A stretch of 64,000 nt of DNA from Dehalococcoidia bacterium (GCA_965197985.1 CBDAOG010000008.1:212069-276068), one strand, 5' to 3'; shown: positions 1-9,531, counted from the first letter of the stretch. Notes: a model not told the origin generated them from the letters alone. Program-made: numbers and translations.

Positions 1-687
1 CTCGTCGCCCTCCGCCACCTCCGGTACGGGCACACCCTTCCAGTCCGATGCGTTGGTCCCGTACAACTCCTCGATCTGCGACAACTCCGATGCCCCGTCG
101 CAGCTCGCCGCACCAACCCGCAGCCACGAGAGCCCATGCAGGTTGCTCACCACCGCGCTGGAACCGTGGAACGCGATGTCCACTCCCTCGGCGGGCAGGT
201 CCAACCACTCTCCGTCTTCTAGGTGGTAGTACTGGACCACGTACCAGCCGGCATCCTCTATGTCCTGCCAGTCCAACTGCACCATGCCGTGATGCAGGGT
301 TTCCGGCTCCGACAGCACCGGAGTGCCCAGGACCACGGGGCATGGCTCGGTCTCGTCGCCCTCCTCCACCTCGGGCACGGGCACACCCTCCCAGTCCGAT
401 GCGTTGGTCCCGAACAACTGCTCGATCTGCGACCACTCCGATGCTCCCGCACAGCTCATCGCACCAACCCTCAGCCACGAGAGCCCATGCAGGTTGCTCA
501 CCACCGCGCTCGATCCGTGGAACGCGATGTCCACTCCCTCGGCGGGCAGGTCCAGCCACTCCTCGTCTTCGACGTGGTAGTACTGGACCACGTGCCAACC
601 GGCGTCTTCTATGTCCTGCCAGTCCAGCTTCACCATGCCGTGGTGCAGGGTCTCCGTGTCCGACAGCACCGGCGTGCCCAGGTCCAC
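1..687 (-). repeat. Tandem 351-bp (117-codon, in-frame) repeat inside the surface-protein gene, about 2 units; may continue beyond the window
   Basis: Unit 1 starts at 1 (ctcgtcgccctccgccacctccgg), unit 2 at 352 (ctcgtcgccctcctccacctcggg). The units are near-identical to about 687. They encode GTPVLS.ETLHHGMV.LDWQDIEDAGW.VVQYYH.ED.EWLDLPAEGVDIAFHGSSAVVSNLHGLSWLRVGA. Confidence 0.85.
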
Positions 688-3600
688 CGCCGAGCCGGAG
701 GTGGGAGTGGAGCTCACCTCCTCGGAGGACGGTCCATATGGCCCGTAGCTATTGCCGTCATCGTTCTCGGCCTTTACCCGGAAGAAGTACTTGACTCCAT
801 TGGCCAGGTTGGCCTGGGCGTTCGTCGTATAGGTCGTCTCTTGCGATGTGCCCCAATCGTTCCTGTCGTAGTCCTTGCCGTCTACCCTCCACTCGATGCG
901 GTATCTCGTCGCGGGCGGGTTGCCGTTGTCGTCGGGCGGGTCCCAGGACAGGGTGACCTCCTTGTTTCCTGGGGTGGCGGTGAGGTTGCGGGGCGCTCCC
1001 GGCAGGCCGTCGCCCAACACCGGCTCCTCCTCCGGCCCGGCCCTCACCCAGTCCGAGCTCTCGCCCGGGCCGGACTCGTTGTGGGCGCTGACCTGGTACT
1101 CGTACTCGACGCCCTGTTCCGCGCTTTCATCGACATAGCTCGTTTCGGTGTTGCCGGTGTCCTCCACCAGGGTGTGGTGGTCCCTGGGCTGCCCATGGGA
1201 ACGCTGGGGACCGCTGCCCTGCTCGTCGGCGCGGCGACGCTCTATGCGGTAGCCGGTGACCGCGGCGCCGTCGGGGGGCTGCCAGGTCAGCCTGACCCCG
1301 CCCTTCTCCTCGACCGCACGCAGGTTTTTGAGCCCCCGCTGGACGGTCGTGCTGCTGTCGGCCGGGTGCTCGTCGTCATCCTCTGTGACGTCTTTGACCC
1401 GCAGCTTGTAGGTGCCCCACTCGAACGACTGGCCGCTCGCCGCGATGTAATAGCTGCGATTGCTAGAGGCGGTAAACGTCACCCGGAACAGGTAGTGGGA
1501 ATCTGATTCGTCGCTGTCCCACGTGTTGACAATGAAACTCCCCTTCGAATCGTAGATCGCGTTGATCTGCGGGAGGCGCAGGGTGAGACCGTTCGCGGTA
1601 GTGTGGCCCCACATGTCGATCCGGTAGGTCTTGTCCGCCTCCAGCTCCACCTCGAACCAGTCGGTGTCGAAGTCCCAACCGTCTACCTCGTTGGGGCCGT
1701 CCCCTTCCGAGAATTCCGGGGCGAAGATGTCTCCCCTGACCGCTGACTCGTTCACCTCCACCACGCCGGTCGTGGTGGTGTCGGCGGGCAGGTCGTCTTC
1801 CTCGGCCGGCGTGCCGCTGCCCGAGTCCGACCACGCGCCCGTGCCCTCGGCGTTCTTGGCCCGCACCTGCACCTGGTAGGAGGTGTTCTCTGACAGGCCC
1901 GTCAGCGTCGCTGTGGTCGCCGTGCCGGTGTGGCTCGCGTCACTCCAGCCCCCGCTGTTGCCCGCCCGGTACCGCACGTCGTAATCGGTGATCGGCGGAC
2001 CCTCGTTGTCCGGCGCCGACCAGTTCACCCTCAGACTCGTCGCCGACGCCGCCGACACCCTCGGCTTGGCCGGCTTGCCCGGCGCCTCGCCGCTCACGTC
2101 GGTCACCGTCACCGTGATGGTCTGCGTCGCGGTCTTCACCCGCGTCCCTGTGCCGCTGGTCGCCGTCACGTCCACCACGTAGGTGTTGTTGTTAAACTGG
2201 TCCTGCGGGGACTCGTGGTTGGGGGCCGCCTCGAAGGTCAGCGCCCCCGACGTCTCCCCTATGGAGAAGAACGTCTGGTCCGGACCGCCGGTGATCGCGT
2301 AGCCGGTGATGTCGTCATCCGCATCGCTGTCCGTCGCCAGCACCGTCACCACGGTCGTCTCGTTCTCCGCCACGCTGATCGTCGCCGACGAGGAACTGAA
2401 CGACGGCGACGCGTTGGCGGCGTCGGCCGCCGCGTCCGTCGTGCCGTTGCCCGAGTCCGACCAGGCGCCCGTGCCCTCGGCGTTGATCGCCCGCACCTGC
2501 ACGTCGTAGGACGTGTTCTCCGACAGGTTCTCGATCACCGCCGCGATGGACGGGACATTCTTCTCCGTCCACGAGCCCTCTGGCGAGGATGTCCGGTGCC
2601 GCACGTCGTAGCGCGTAATGGGCGGACCCGCGTTGGACGGCGCCGACCAACTCGCCCTCAGGCTGGTCGCCGACCCCGCCGACACGCTCGGCGCGCCCGG
2701 CTTGCCCGGCGCCTCCGTGTCCACGTCGGTCACCGTCACCGTGATGGTCTGCGTCGCGGTCATCACCCGCGTCCCCGCGCCGCTGGTCGCCGTCACGTCC
2801 ACCACGTAGGTGTTGTTCGTGCCGGAATCGTCCGCGTCCTCGTAGTTGGGGGCCGCGTCGAAGGTCAGCGCCCCCGAGGTCGCCCCTATGGAGAAGAACG
2901 TCTGGTCCGCCCCGCCCGTGATCGCGTAGCCCGTGACGCTGTCGTCCGCATCGGAGTCCGCCGCCACCACCGTGCCCACCACCGTCTGGTTCTCCGCCAC
3001 GTCGAACGTCGGCGACGAGGTGAACGACGGCGCGGTGTTGCCCGTCGTCCGCGAGCCGTCCACCTTGTGGTCCGAGTGGTTCCCCCGGCCCTGCCAGTAG
3101 AGCGGGACGTCGGTGCTGGTATCCTTGAACTCGATCTCATCGTTCGAATCGAGCCGGACCGGGCCGTCCGGGCTGTCGTAGTCCTGTTCGTCCCGCAGGT
3201 AGATGCCGTTGTTGTCCTCGTCGGTCGACACCACGGTGTAGCCGAACACCAGCGCCTTGGTGCCGGTGCCCGACACGTACGCCGCGTCGACCTCCCGCGT
3301 ATCGCCCGAGTTGCCGAGCACGAACTTGAGAACCGGGTCCCCGTCCACGTCCACCGCGACGTTGAAGGTCACCGTGAACTGGATCGTCTCGCCCGCCCCG
3401 TAGGTGTCGCTCTCCAGCTGCGGCATCGAGGTCACCTCCACCGAGACGATCGACCGCGAGCCGTCCACCTTGTGGTCGGAGTCCGTGCCGAGCTCGGTAT
3501 GGTCGAGGACCGCCGCCGCGCCGTTAGCCACGCTCGTGATCGCGCCGTTCTGGGGCTCCCCGTTGCGGTTGCCGACCAGGGTCCGGGTCTCGTCCCCGAT

Positions 3601-5613
3601 CCAGATGCCGTTGTCGTCCTCGTCGCTCGACACCACGGTGTAGCCGAACACCAGCGTCGCCGTGCCCGAGCCGCTCAGCAGCGGCGCGCGCCTGGCGCCG
3701 CCCACGCTCAGCACGAAGTCCGTGTTGGACGTGGCGTCGACCGCCTCGCTGAAGGTCACCGAGACCTCGATCGTCTCGCCCGCCCCGTAGGTGTCGGTCT
3801 CCAGCACCGGCATCGAGGTAACCGCCACGTTGGTGACCGTCGGCCTCAGGAACTCGCGCAGGCGCAGCGTGACCGTGGTTTCCGACGACCAGTCCAGGTC
3901 CGTCCGCGCGGGCCATCGGTAGGAGCCGGGGATCACCTCCGTGCTGTCGCTCCACACGAACGGGTCGCTCTCGCCGTCGACATGCAGCGCCAGGCTCTCC
4001 TCTTCGGTGTTCGTCAGAGTGTTGGACGTCACGAAAAACAGTTGTTCGCTGATGGCGGTCCTCGCCCCGACCACAATCGCCGTAATCGTGTAGTTGTTGG
4101 TGGTCCCGGTCTCGAACATGAGCGAGAACGTCTTGTCCGACAGGTCGCCCTTCGTTCCCTGGAATCCGTGACTTTGAGTCATTCCGCCGCTATTGGTGAT
4201 GGTCCCCACGTCCACCACGCCGCACCACAGGTCGCCGTCGTTCAGTGTGCAGGCCGCCCGCGTCACGGTCACCGTGTAGTTCTGCGTGGTGGTGCCGTCC
4301 TCGGCCGTCACCTTAACCTTGAAGACGGTGTCGCCCACGTCCAGCTCCACCTGGTGGCCGGCCGCGTTGGTGTCCTCGTCGTCGAGCGTGGCGTCGGACT
4401 CGTCCAGGTATTCGAACGTGGCGTCCGTGTCGGTCGTCGAAGCCGTCACCGTCACCTCGTCGACGCTGTTGGCCACCGACGCCGTGTAGGCGTACGTGTC
4501 CGAGGCGAAGGCCGGGCTCAGCGTCACGCCTGTGCCCAGCGACAGCCCACTCAGCGTCGCGTCCGTCGAGACCGCCGGCGTCCCGCCGCCCGCCGCGCTG
4601 CCGTTGACGCGGATCATGAATGGGCGGGAGGTACCTTCCGCCCATTGAGGAGGATCTTGAGTGCCTAGGGTCTCGTTGTTGCCTTCGATCTCCCAATCGG
4701 CAGTGCCCTCCGAGTTCACAGCGCCGCCCTCGTCCTTGTCATCCGAACTGGCGGTGGCCAAACGAAAGTCGTTGGAGGTTTCATCCGGATCGTCCGCGCC
4801 GGACACGACGATGTGGTAGGGCGTCGAAGCCATCAGGGTGGTGTTGGCGGGGGCGGTGAAGGTGTTGTCAGAATTGGCGACGACTCCGGCGGTCGGGTTC
4901 GTGAACGTAAAGATGCTCGTCCCCGGGTTTCCGGAGGAGTCCGAATAGAGGCGGACCGTGACCATGACGTTCTCGTACTGGGCTACCTTGAGTTCGACGC
5001 TGTCGAGGTTGTAGCCGCTCGTGTTGCCACCGGTGGTGAACTGCTGCGCTAAATCCCTTCGCACCCTGATATTGAAGAAACTGTTGGTGCCCTGCTCGAT
5101 ATTGCTGACCAGCACGGTGCTGCCCTCGGAGTGGGTGGTCCGTTTGCCGGGACCGCCGGGCGCTCCGCCGCCGTCGTCCTCCCCGTCCTGCTCGTCGCCT
5201 TCGGCGGCCTCCGGCGCGGCGGGGATGTCGATGTGGGACCACCGGGAGCGCTCGCTTGTTCCATGCTCGTTGATGGCCTTGATGCGGTAGGTGTAGCGAG
5301 TCTCCGCCGACACCGTGTCGTCGGTGTAGGTGGTGACGTCCGTTCCCGTGTTCGAGACCAGCTCACTGAAGTGGCCCTGGGGGTCGACCGCGGGAATGCG
5401 GCGCAGGACCACGTAGCCGGTGATGGTGTCGTCGCCGGGGTCGTCCCAGGTGAGGGTCACCGAGTCGTGGGTCGCCGTGGCTTCGAGGCCCCTGGGCTTG
5501 TCGGGGGCCGAGCCCTCCTGGGCCTGTACCGGGGAGAGGAGCATGGCCATCGCCAGGGCCGCTATGACGGCGAGCAAGATGGGAAATCGTCTTCTATCGG
5601 TGCGAGTCAACAT
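1..5613 (-). CDS. Giant secreted cell-surface (adhesin-like) protein with FN3, cadherin-type and PPC-like modules; C-terminus runs off the left window edge (at least 1871 aa)
   Basis: Hand translation of the minus strand. ATG at 5613-5611 is preceded by GGAGG (5618-5622). The frame stays open to base 1 (5613 nt = 1871 codons), so it is absent from the ORF track (no stop in window). All listed minus ORFs in 1-5600 are in the other two frames. N-term MLTRTDRRRFPILLAVIAALAMAMLLSPVQAQ looks like a signal peptide. FN3-like: PDKPRGLEATATHDSVTLTWDDPGDDTITGYVVLRR and PGKPGAPSVSAGSATSLRASWSAPSNAGPPITRYDVRHR. Cadherin-type: APSFTSSPTFDVAENQTVVGTVVAADSDADDSVTGYAITGGADQTFFSIG. Cadherin-like beta-sandwich: ATLSGLSLGTGVTLSPAFASDTYAYTASV. 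PPC-like: DTDWFEVELEADKTYRIDMW. Confidence 0.85.
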   Translation of the reverse strand, partial: MLTRTDRRRFPILLAVIAALAMAMLLSPVQAQEGSAPDKPRGLEATATHDSVTLTWDDPGDDTITGYVVLRRIPAVDPQGHFSELVSNTGTDVTTYTDDTVSAETRYTYRIKAINEHGTSERSRWSHIDIPAAPEAAEGDEQDGEDDGGGAPGGPGKRTTHSEGSTVLVSNIEQGTNSFFNIRVRRDLAQQFTTGGNTSGYNLDSVELKVAQYENVMVTVRLYSDSSGNPGTSIFTFTNPTAGVVANSDNTFTAPANTTLMASTPYHIVVSGADDPDETSNDFRLATASSDDKDEGGAVNSEGTADWEIEGNNETLGTQDPPQWAEGTSRPFMIRVNGSAAGGGTPAVSTDATLSGLSLGTGVTLSPAFASDTYAYTASVANSVDEVTVTASTTDTDATFEYLDESDATLDDEDTNAAGHQVELDVGDTVFKVKVTAEDGTTTQNYTVTVTRAACTLNDGDLWCGVVDVGTITNSGGMTQSHGFQGTKGDLSDKTFSLMFETGTTNNYTITAIVVGARTAISEQLFFVTSNTLTNTEEESLALHVDGESDPFVWSDSTEVIPGSYRWPARTDLDWSSETTVTLRLREFLRPTVTNVAVTSMPVLETDTYGAGETIEVSVTFSEAVDATSNTDFVLSVGGARRAPLLSGSGTATLVFGYTVVSSDEDDNGIWIGDETRTLVGNRNGEPQNGAITSVANGAAAVLDHTELGTDSDHKVDGSRSIVSVEVTSMPQLESDTYGAGETIQFTVTFNVAVDVDGDPVLKFVLGNSGDTREVDAAYVSGTGTKALVFGYTVVSTDEDNNGIYLRDEQDYDSPDGPVRLDSNDEIEFKDTSTDVPLYWQGRGNHSDHKVDGSRTTGNTAPSFTSSPTFDVAENQTVVGTVVAADSDADDSVTGYAITGGADQTFFSIGATSGALTFDAAPNYEDADDSGTNNTYVVDVTATSGAGTRVMTATQTITVTVTDVDTEAPGKPGAPSVSAGSATSLRASWSAPSNAGPPITRYDVRHRTSSPEGSWTEKNVPSIAAVIENLSENTSYDVQVRAINAEGTGAWSDSGNGTTDAAADAANASPSFSSSSATISVAENETTVVTVLATDSDADDDITGYAITGGPDQTFFSIGETSGALTFEAAPNHESPQDQFNNNTYVVDVTATSGTGTRVKTATQTITVTVTDVSGEAPGKPAKPRVSAASATSLRVNWSAPDNEGPPITDYDVRYRAGNSGGWSDASHTGTATTATLTGLSENTSYQVQVRAKNAEGTGAWSDSGSGTPAEEDDLPADTTTTGVVEVNESAVRGDIFAPEFSEGDGPNEVDGWDFDTDWFEVELEADKTYRIDMWGHTTANGLTLRLPQINAIYDSKGSFIVNTWDSDESDSHYLFRVTFTASSNRSYYIAASGQSFEWGTYKLRVKDVTEDDDEHPADSSTTVQRGLKNLRAVEEKGGVRLTWQPPDGAAVTGYRIERRRADEQGSGPQRSHGQPRDHHTLVEDTGNTETSYVDESAEQGVEYEYQVSAHNESGPGESSDWVRAGPEEEPVLGDGLPGAPRNLTATPGNKEVTLSWDPPDDNGNPPATRYRIEWRVDGKDYDRNDWGTSQETTYTTNAQANLANGVKYFFRVKAENDDGNSYGPYGPSSEEVSSTPTSGSAVDLGTPVLSDTETLHHGMVKLDWQDIEDAGWHVVQYYHVEDEEWLDLPAEGVDIAFHGSSAVVSNLHGLSWLRVGAMSCAGASEWSQIEQLFGTNASDWEGVPVPEVEEGDETEPCPVVLGTPVLSEPETLHHGMVQLDWQDIEDAGWYVVQYYHLEDGEWLDLPAEGVDIAFHGSSAVVSNLHGLSWLRVGAASCDGASELSQIEELYGTNASDWKGVPVPEVAEGDE
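1800..3060 (-). repeat. Approx. 630-bp in-frame duplication (cadherin-type repeat + FN3 module) inside the surface-protein gene
   Basis: Plus-strand shadow ORFs 1988..2182 and 2618..2809 are near-identical (MIGGPSLSGADQFTLRLVADAADTLG vs MGGPALDGADQLALRLVADPADTLG), offset 630 bp. Boundaries are approximate. Confidence 0.7.
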
Positions 5614-5877
5614 CGTTCCTCCTTGTGCTGGTGCGGGTGTGCGGGACGCAGCCCGTCCGGTCCGCAGGCGTCAGCCGATGGAGGCGTGGCGCACACCGGG
5701 TAGGGCGTTGCATGGTTGAAGGCGTGTGGACGCGAGGACGCGGGAAGCGCCCGGGGGAGCGTCCTTCGAGGACTCTGAAGGTTTCGGGCGCGCGCTCAGA
5801 GGGAGCGGCGATGGGAGAGAATCGGGCCTGCCGGCATGAGCCGGAGGGGACGAGGGGGCTAGAGCGGAGGGAAAATC

Positions 5878-5896
5878 GGGGGGGGGGGGGGGGGGG
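5878..5896. repeat. G19 homopolymer tract in the divergent intergenic region
   Basis: Counted directly: ggg at 5878-5880 plus 16 g at 5881-5896. It lies 265 bp upstream of the surface-protein ATG (5613) and 340 bp upstream of the kinase ATG (6236). It forms the poly-Pro tail of the weak minus ORF 5859..6047. Confidence 0.95.
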
Positions 5897-6235
5897 TGAA
5901 CATCTGTGCTAGGCCGCGATGGAAGGCGACCTCAAGCGCGGTCGTCGCGTCGGCGGCAAGGGCCGCCGGTGCGTTTGCCGTCTCTATTCCATCTATCGGC
6001 CTGTCGAATGCCAAATGAATCTCTCCCACAAAATGGGCAGTCATCAAGGCATTTTACCAAAACGCCTGTGAGGTATCTGTGAGAGTCAAGACTTTTGCAA
6101 CCGAATCTGTTGTGAGTTTTTCCTGGGCCAGCTATAATTGGGGCTGGCCGGGCCTAACGCGTTCTCGCATCCCGCATCCGGCGCGGCGGCGCCGGGCAAC
6201 CTCAGAGTCATCGGCAGCCCGGTTCGAGGAGGGAA

Positions 6236-8644
6236 ATGGAACAAGCAGACGATCAGGCGCGGGAGATAGCGGAGCTGCGGGACCGCCTCTCCAGGTTGAG
6301 CCAGGCCAGCCTGCGCATCAACGAGAGCCTGGACTTCGACACGGTGCTCCAGGGGGTGCTGGACTCCGCCTGCTCGCTGACCGGGGCGCGCTACGGCGTC
6401 ATCACCCTGCTGGATGGGTCGGGGAAGGTACAGGACTTCCTCTATTCCGGGCTGACTCCCGAGGAGAGCCGACGGTTCGCCGAATTTCCCGACGGGATGC
6501 TGTTCTTCGAGTACCTGAGCAGCATCAGTGAACCGCTGCGGCTGCGGGACTTCCACAGCTACGTCAGGGAGTTGGGCCTGCCCGAGTTCCAACCGCCGAT
6601 GGCGGTGAGCTCCCCGCTTCCCTTCCTGGCCGCGCCCATCCGCCACCTGGGGGAGAGCGTCGGTGCCTTCTACGTGGGCGAGAAGGAGCTGGAGTTCACC
6701 CCCGAAGACGAGGAGACCCTGGTGATGTTTGCCTCCCAGGCGGCGCTGGTCATCGCCAACGCTCGCAGGCACCGGGAGGAGCAGCGGACGAGGGCCGACC
6801 TTGAGACCCTGGTGAACACCACCCCCGTGGGCGTCATGGTGTTCGACGCCGGCACTGGCGAAGTCCGCTCCATCAACCGGGAGGCGAGGCGGATCGTCAG
6901 CGACCTGTGCGCGCCCGGCGGATCGGCGGAGCAGCTGCTGGAGGTGCTGACCTTCCGGCGGGCCGACGGCCGGGAAATCTCCCTGGTGGAGTTCCCCCTG
7001 GCCCAGGGGCTGCGCACGGGGGAGACGGTGCGGGCCGAGGAGATCGTCCTCCAGTCCCCCGACGGGCAGAGCGTCACCACCCTGGTCAACGCCACGCCCA
7101 TCTTCTCCGAGGAGGGGGAGGAGGGCGAGGTGGAGTCGGTGGTCGTGACCATGCAGGACATGACGCCGATGGAGGAGCTGGAGCGGCTGCGTGCCGAGTT
7201 CCTGGGCATGGTGAGCCACGAGTTGCGGACGCCGCTGGCCGCCATCAAGGGCTCCGCCGCCACGCTGACGGAGGCGGCGTCCGACCTGGACCCCGCCGAG
7301 ATGCTCCAGTTCTTCCGCATCATCGGCGAGCAGTCCGACCACATGCGCGACCTGATCGGCGACCTGCTCGACGTGGCCCGCATCGAGACGGGCGAGCTGC
7401 CGGTCGCCCCCGCGCCGGCGGAGGTGGCGAGCCTGGTGGACGAGGCCAGGAGCAGGTTCCAGAGCGGAGGGGGCAGGAACAACCTCCGCATCGACGTCTC
7501 GCCGGAGCTGCCGCTGGTCATGGCGGACGGCAGGCGCATCGTCCAGGTGCTGAACAACCTCCTCTCCAACGCGGCCTGGAACTCTCACGAGGCGTCCGCC
7601 ATCGGGGTGTCCGCCGTGCGGGAGGGCTACCACGTGGCTGTCTCCGTCACGGACGAGGGCAGAGGGATATCCGCCGAGCGGCTGCCTCACCTGTTTCGGA
7701 AGTTCTCCCGCATCGACGGCGAAGACCGGAGACGGGACATCGCGGGGTCGGGCCTGGGCCTCGCCATCTGCAAGGGGATAGTGGAGGCCCACGGGGGCCG
7801 GATATGGGCCGAGAGCGACGGGCCGGGCCTGGGGGCGCGTTTCACCTTCACCATTCCGGTGGCTCAGGACGCCGCTATCGGGGCCGCCAATCTCCTGGTG
7901 CGCTCCAGCCGGGTGGAGAGGGAGCGGACGCGCATCCTCGCGGTGGACGACGACCCGCAGACGCTCAGGCACGTCCGGGACGCGCTCACGAAGGCGGGCT
8001 ACGTCCCTGTTGTGACCGGAGACCCGGAGGAGGCGCTCAGCCTGGTGGAGGCGAACGACCCCCACCTGGTGCTGCTGGACCTGATGCTGCCGGGAACCGA
8101 CGGCATCGAGCTGATGCGGGGCATCCTCGACATGGCGGACGTGCCGGTCATCTTTCTGTCAGCCTACGGCCAGGAAGAGACCATCGCCAGGGCCTTCGAG
8201 AATGGGGCCGACGATTACGTGGTCAAGCCCTTTTCGCCGACTGAGCTTGTGGCGAGGATCAAGGCGGCCCTGCGCAAGCGGGAAGACCCCGAATGGGCCG
8301 AGCCGTCGGAACCTTACGTGCTGGAGGAGCTGACCATCGACTACGCCGAGCGCCGCGTGACGCTGGCCGGGCGTCCCGTGCAGTTGACCGCCATCGAGTA
8401 CGGACTGCTCTTCGAGCTATCGGCCAACGCCGGTCGCGTGTTGACCTACGACCGGCTGCTGCAACGGGTCTGGGGCCTGCGGAGGTCGGGCGACTCGCGG
8501 CGGGTGCGCACCGCCGCCAAGCAGCTCCGCCGAAAGCTGGGCGACGACGCCAACAACCCCACCTACATCCTCAACGAGCCTCGCGTCGGATACCGGATGC
8601 CGAAGGGGGAACAAACATCAGGTGAGCCCCCGGCAACTGATTGA
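6236..8644 (+). CDS. Cytoplasmic hybrid sensor histidine kinase fused to a complete OmpR-type response regulator (GAF-PAS-HisKA-HATPase-REC-winged helix)
   Basis: ATG is preceded by GGAGGG. GAF-like N-term (LDSACSLTGARYGVITLLD). PAS-like (LVNTTPVGVMVFDAGTGEVRSINREARRI). H-box SHELRTPL. N-box LNNLLSNAAWNS. G-boxes DEGRGI and GSGLGLAICKGIVEAHGGRIWAES. REC (RILAVDDD, LLDLMLPGTDG, VVKPF). Winged helix (LTAIEYGLLFELSANAGRVLTYDRLLQRVWG, PRVGYRM). No TM segment seen. Confidence 0.9.
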   Translation: MEQADDQAREIAELRDRLSRLSQASLRINESLDFDTVLQGVLDSACSLTGARYGVITLLDGSGKVQDFLYSGLTPEESRRFAEFPDGMLFFEYLSSISEPLRLRDFHSYVRELGLPEFQPPMAVSSPLPFLAAPIRHLGESVGAFYVGEKELEFTPEDEETLVMFASQAALVIANARRHREEQRTRADLETLVNTTPVGVMVFDAGTGEVRSINREARRIVSDLCAPGGSAEQLLEVLTFRRADGREISLVEFPLAQGLRTGETVRAEEIVLQSPDGQSVTTLVNATPIFSEEGEEGEVESVVVTMQDMTPMEELERLRAEFLGMVSHELRTPLAAIKGSAATLTEAASDLDPAEMLQFFRIIGEQSDHMRDLIGDLLDVARIETGELPVAPAPAEVASLVDEARSRFQSGGGRNNLRIDVSPELPLVMADGRRIVQVLNNLLSNAAWNSHEASAIGVSAVREGYHVAVSVTDEGRGISAERLPHLFRKFSRIDGEDRRRDIAGSGLGLAICKGIVEAHGGRIWAESDGPGLGARFTFTIPVAQDAAIGAANLLVRSSRVERERTRILAVDDDPQTLRHVRDALTKAGYVPVVTGDPEEALSLVEANDPHLVLLDLMLPGTDGIELMRGILDMADVPVIFLSAYGQEETIARAFENGADDYVVKPFSPTELVARIKAALRKREDPEWAEPSEPYVLEELTIDYAERRVTLAGRPVQLTAIEYGLLFELSANAGRVLTYDRLLQRVWGLRRSGDSRRVRTAAKQLRRKLGDDANNPTYILNEPRVGYRMPKGEQTSGEPPATD

Positions 8645-8691
8645 ACCGATGTTTACCCACCTTCAATGAGGAAGTGAGGGCTTGGAATACG

Positions 8692-8790
8692 ATGCCGCAC
8701 CTCGACCTCGCCGTCGTCACCGGCGCTTTCAGCTATACAGGAAGGTACGTCGCCAGGCGTCTGCTCGACCAGGGCGTTCGCGTAAGGGAC
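8692..8790 (+). pseudogene. 5' stub of an NAD(P)-binding SDR/epimerase-type gene, truncated at the island boundary
   Basis: MPHLDLAVVTGAFSYTGRYVARRLLDQGVRVR resembles the Rossmann N-terminus (TGxxGxxG-like) of SDR/NmrA-type enzymes. Similarity and the high GC end near 8790. The rest of ORF 8641..9111 is compositionally different. Confidence 0.4.
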
Positions 8791-9099
8791 TTCGAGGCAG
8801 TCGCAGAACCGGACGCGGCGGAACTTGCGAGTCTACGCAATCAGACTGAGCACCGATTCCTCAGTCTTCAGCATTCTGAAGCGGGAATGAGCAACGATAC
8901 ACACCGACTGATTCCGATAGGAGACTTCCAAGGCAGGACTCTCCGCCTGTTGAAAATGGCGCGTGAAGCATTGATTTACTTATCACTCGCCATGGATCAT
9001 GAAGAGGTCTTACGGAAGGCAGCCTCTAAAGATGAGAGTGAGATAACCGGGAGTCTGCAGCCTCGGCAGATTGAAACGTTTCGACGACCTGAGGTGTCT

Positions 9100-9531
9100 G
9101 ACTGGGGCTAACGTGATCCCTGAGGGCGTGGATGTCCACCGTCGCCTCGGGCTTGGTGAAAAGAACCGCAAGCTGAAGCAGTTGCCGTCTGGACGCAGCT
9201 ATCGCCCTTCGCTGACGCTCATCCCCCCGATGCGGGCCTTCCAGTTGTAGAAGGTCGCCGTGGAGGTCCCCCGCCTGCGGCACACATCAGACGTCGGCGA
9301 TCCTGTCGATTTACAGCATCGTTGACCCAGGGATTTATCCCATCCGCCTCCTGCACGACCCCGATGATCTGTGCCTCCGCGCCCTGGATGCTCTCCTCCC
9401 GATGTGCTCCAGAGGATTCCGAGAATCCATGGACCAGTCTTCGGAGACCAGGTCTCACGAATAGCCCGATGGTTCCGTCTTCTCCCATCTGGATGCTCCG
9501 CACGCGGTTCCGAGTCATGCTGCCCAGCTAG
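9100..9531 (-). pseudogene. Degraded IS3-family transposase OrfA remnant
   Basis: Pieces are spread over three minus-strand frames: EAQIIGVVQEADG; SDVCRRRGTSTATFYNWKARIGGMSVSEGR(stop); LQLAVLFTKPEATVDIHALRDHVS. This matches the typical IS3 OrfA HTH and leucine-zipper layout, broken by frameshifts. No DDE OrfB follows. Confidence 0.5.

Noticed and set aside
223-4668. Long plus-strand ORFs 223..1506 (427 aa) and 1930..4668 (912 aa), plus many shorter ones in 1-5700
   Set aside because: They are Arg/Gly/Val/His-rich, low-complexity translations typical of antisense shadow frames in high-GC DNA. The opposite strand carries a continuous, domain-rich ORF with a signal peptide and RBS.
6086-8065. 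659-aa minus-strand ORF, plus 6670..7569 (-) and 6907..8244 (+)
   Set aside because: They are antisense or off-frame shadows of the kinase gene 6236..8644. They have no recognisable motifs and an extreme Arg/Gly/Pro composition.
8887-9111. Tail of ORF 8641..9111 (MSNDTHRLIPIGDFQGRTL...) as a separate small gene
   Set aside because: It has no recognisable motif or convincing RBS and lies in the scar region between the truncated SDR stub and the IS3 remnant.
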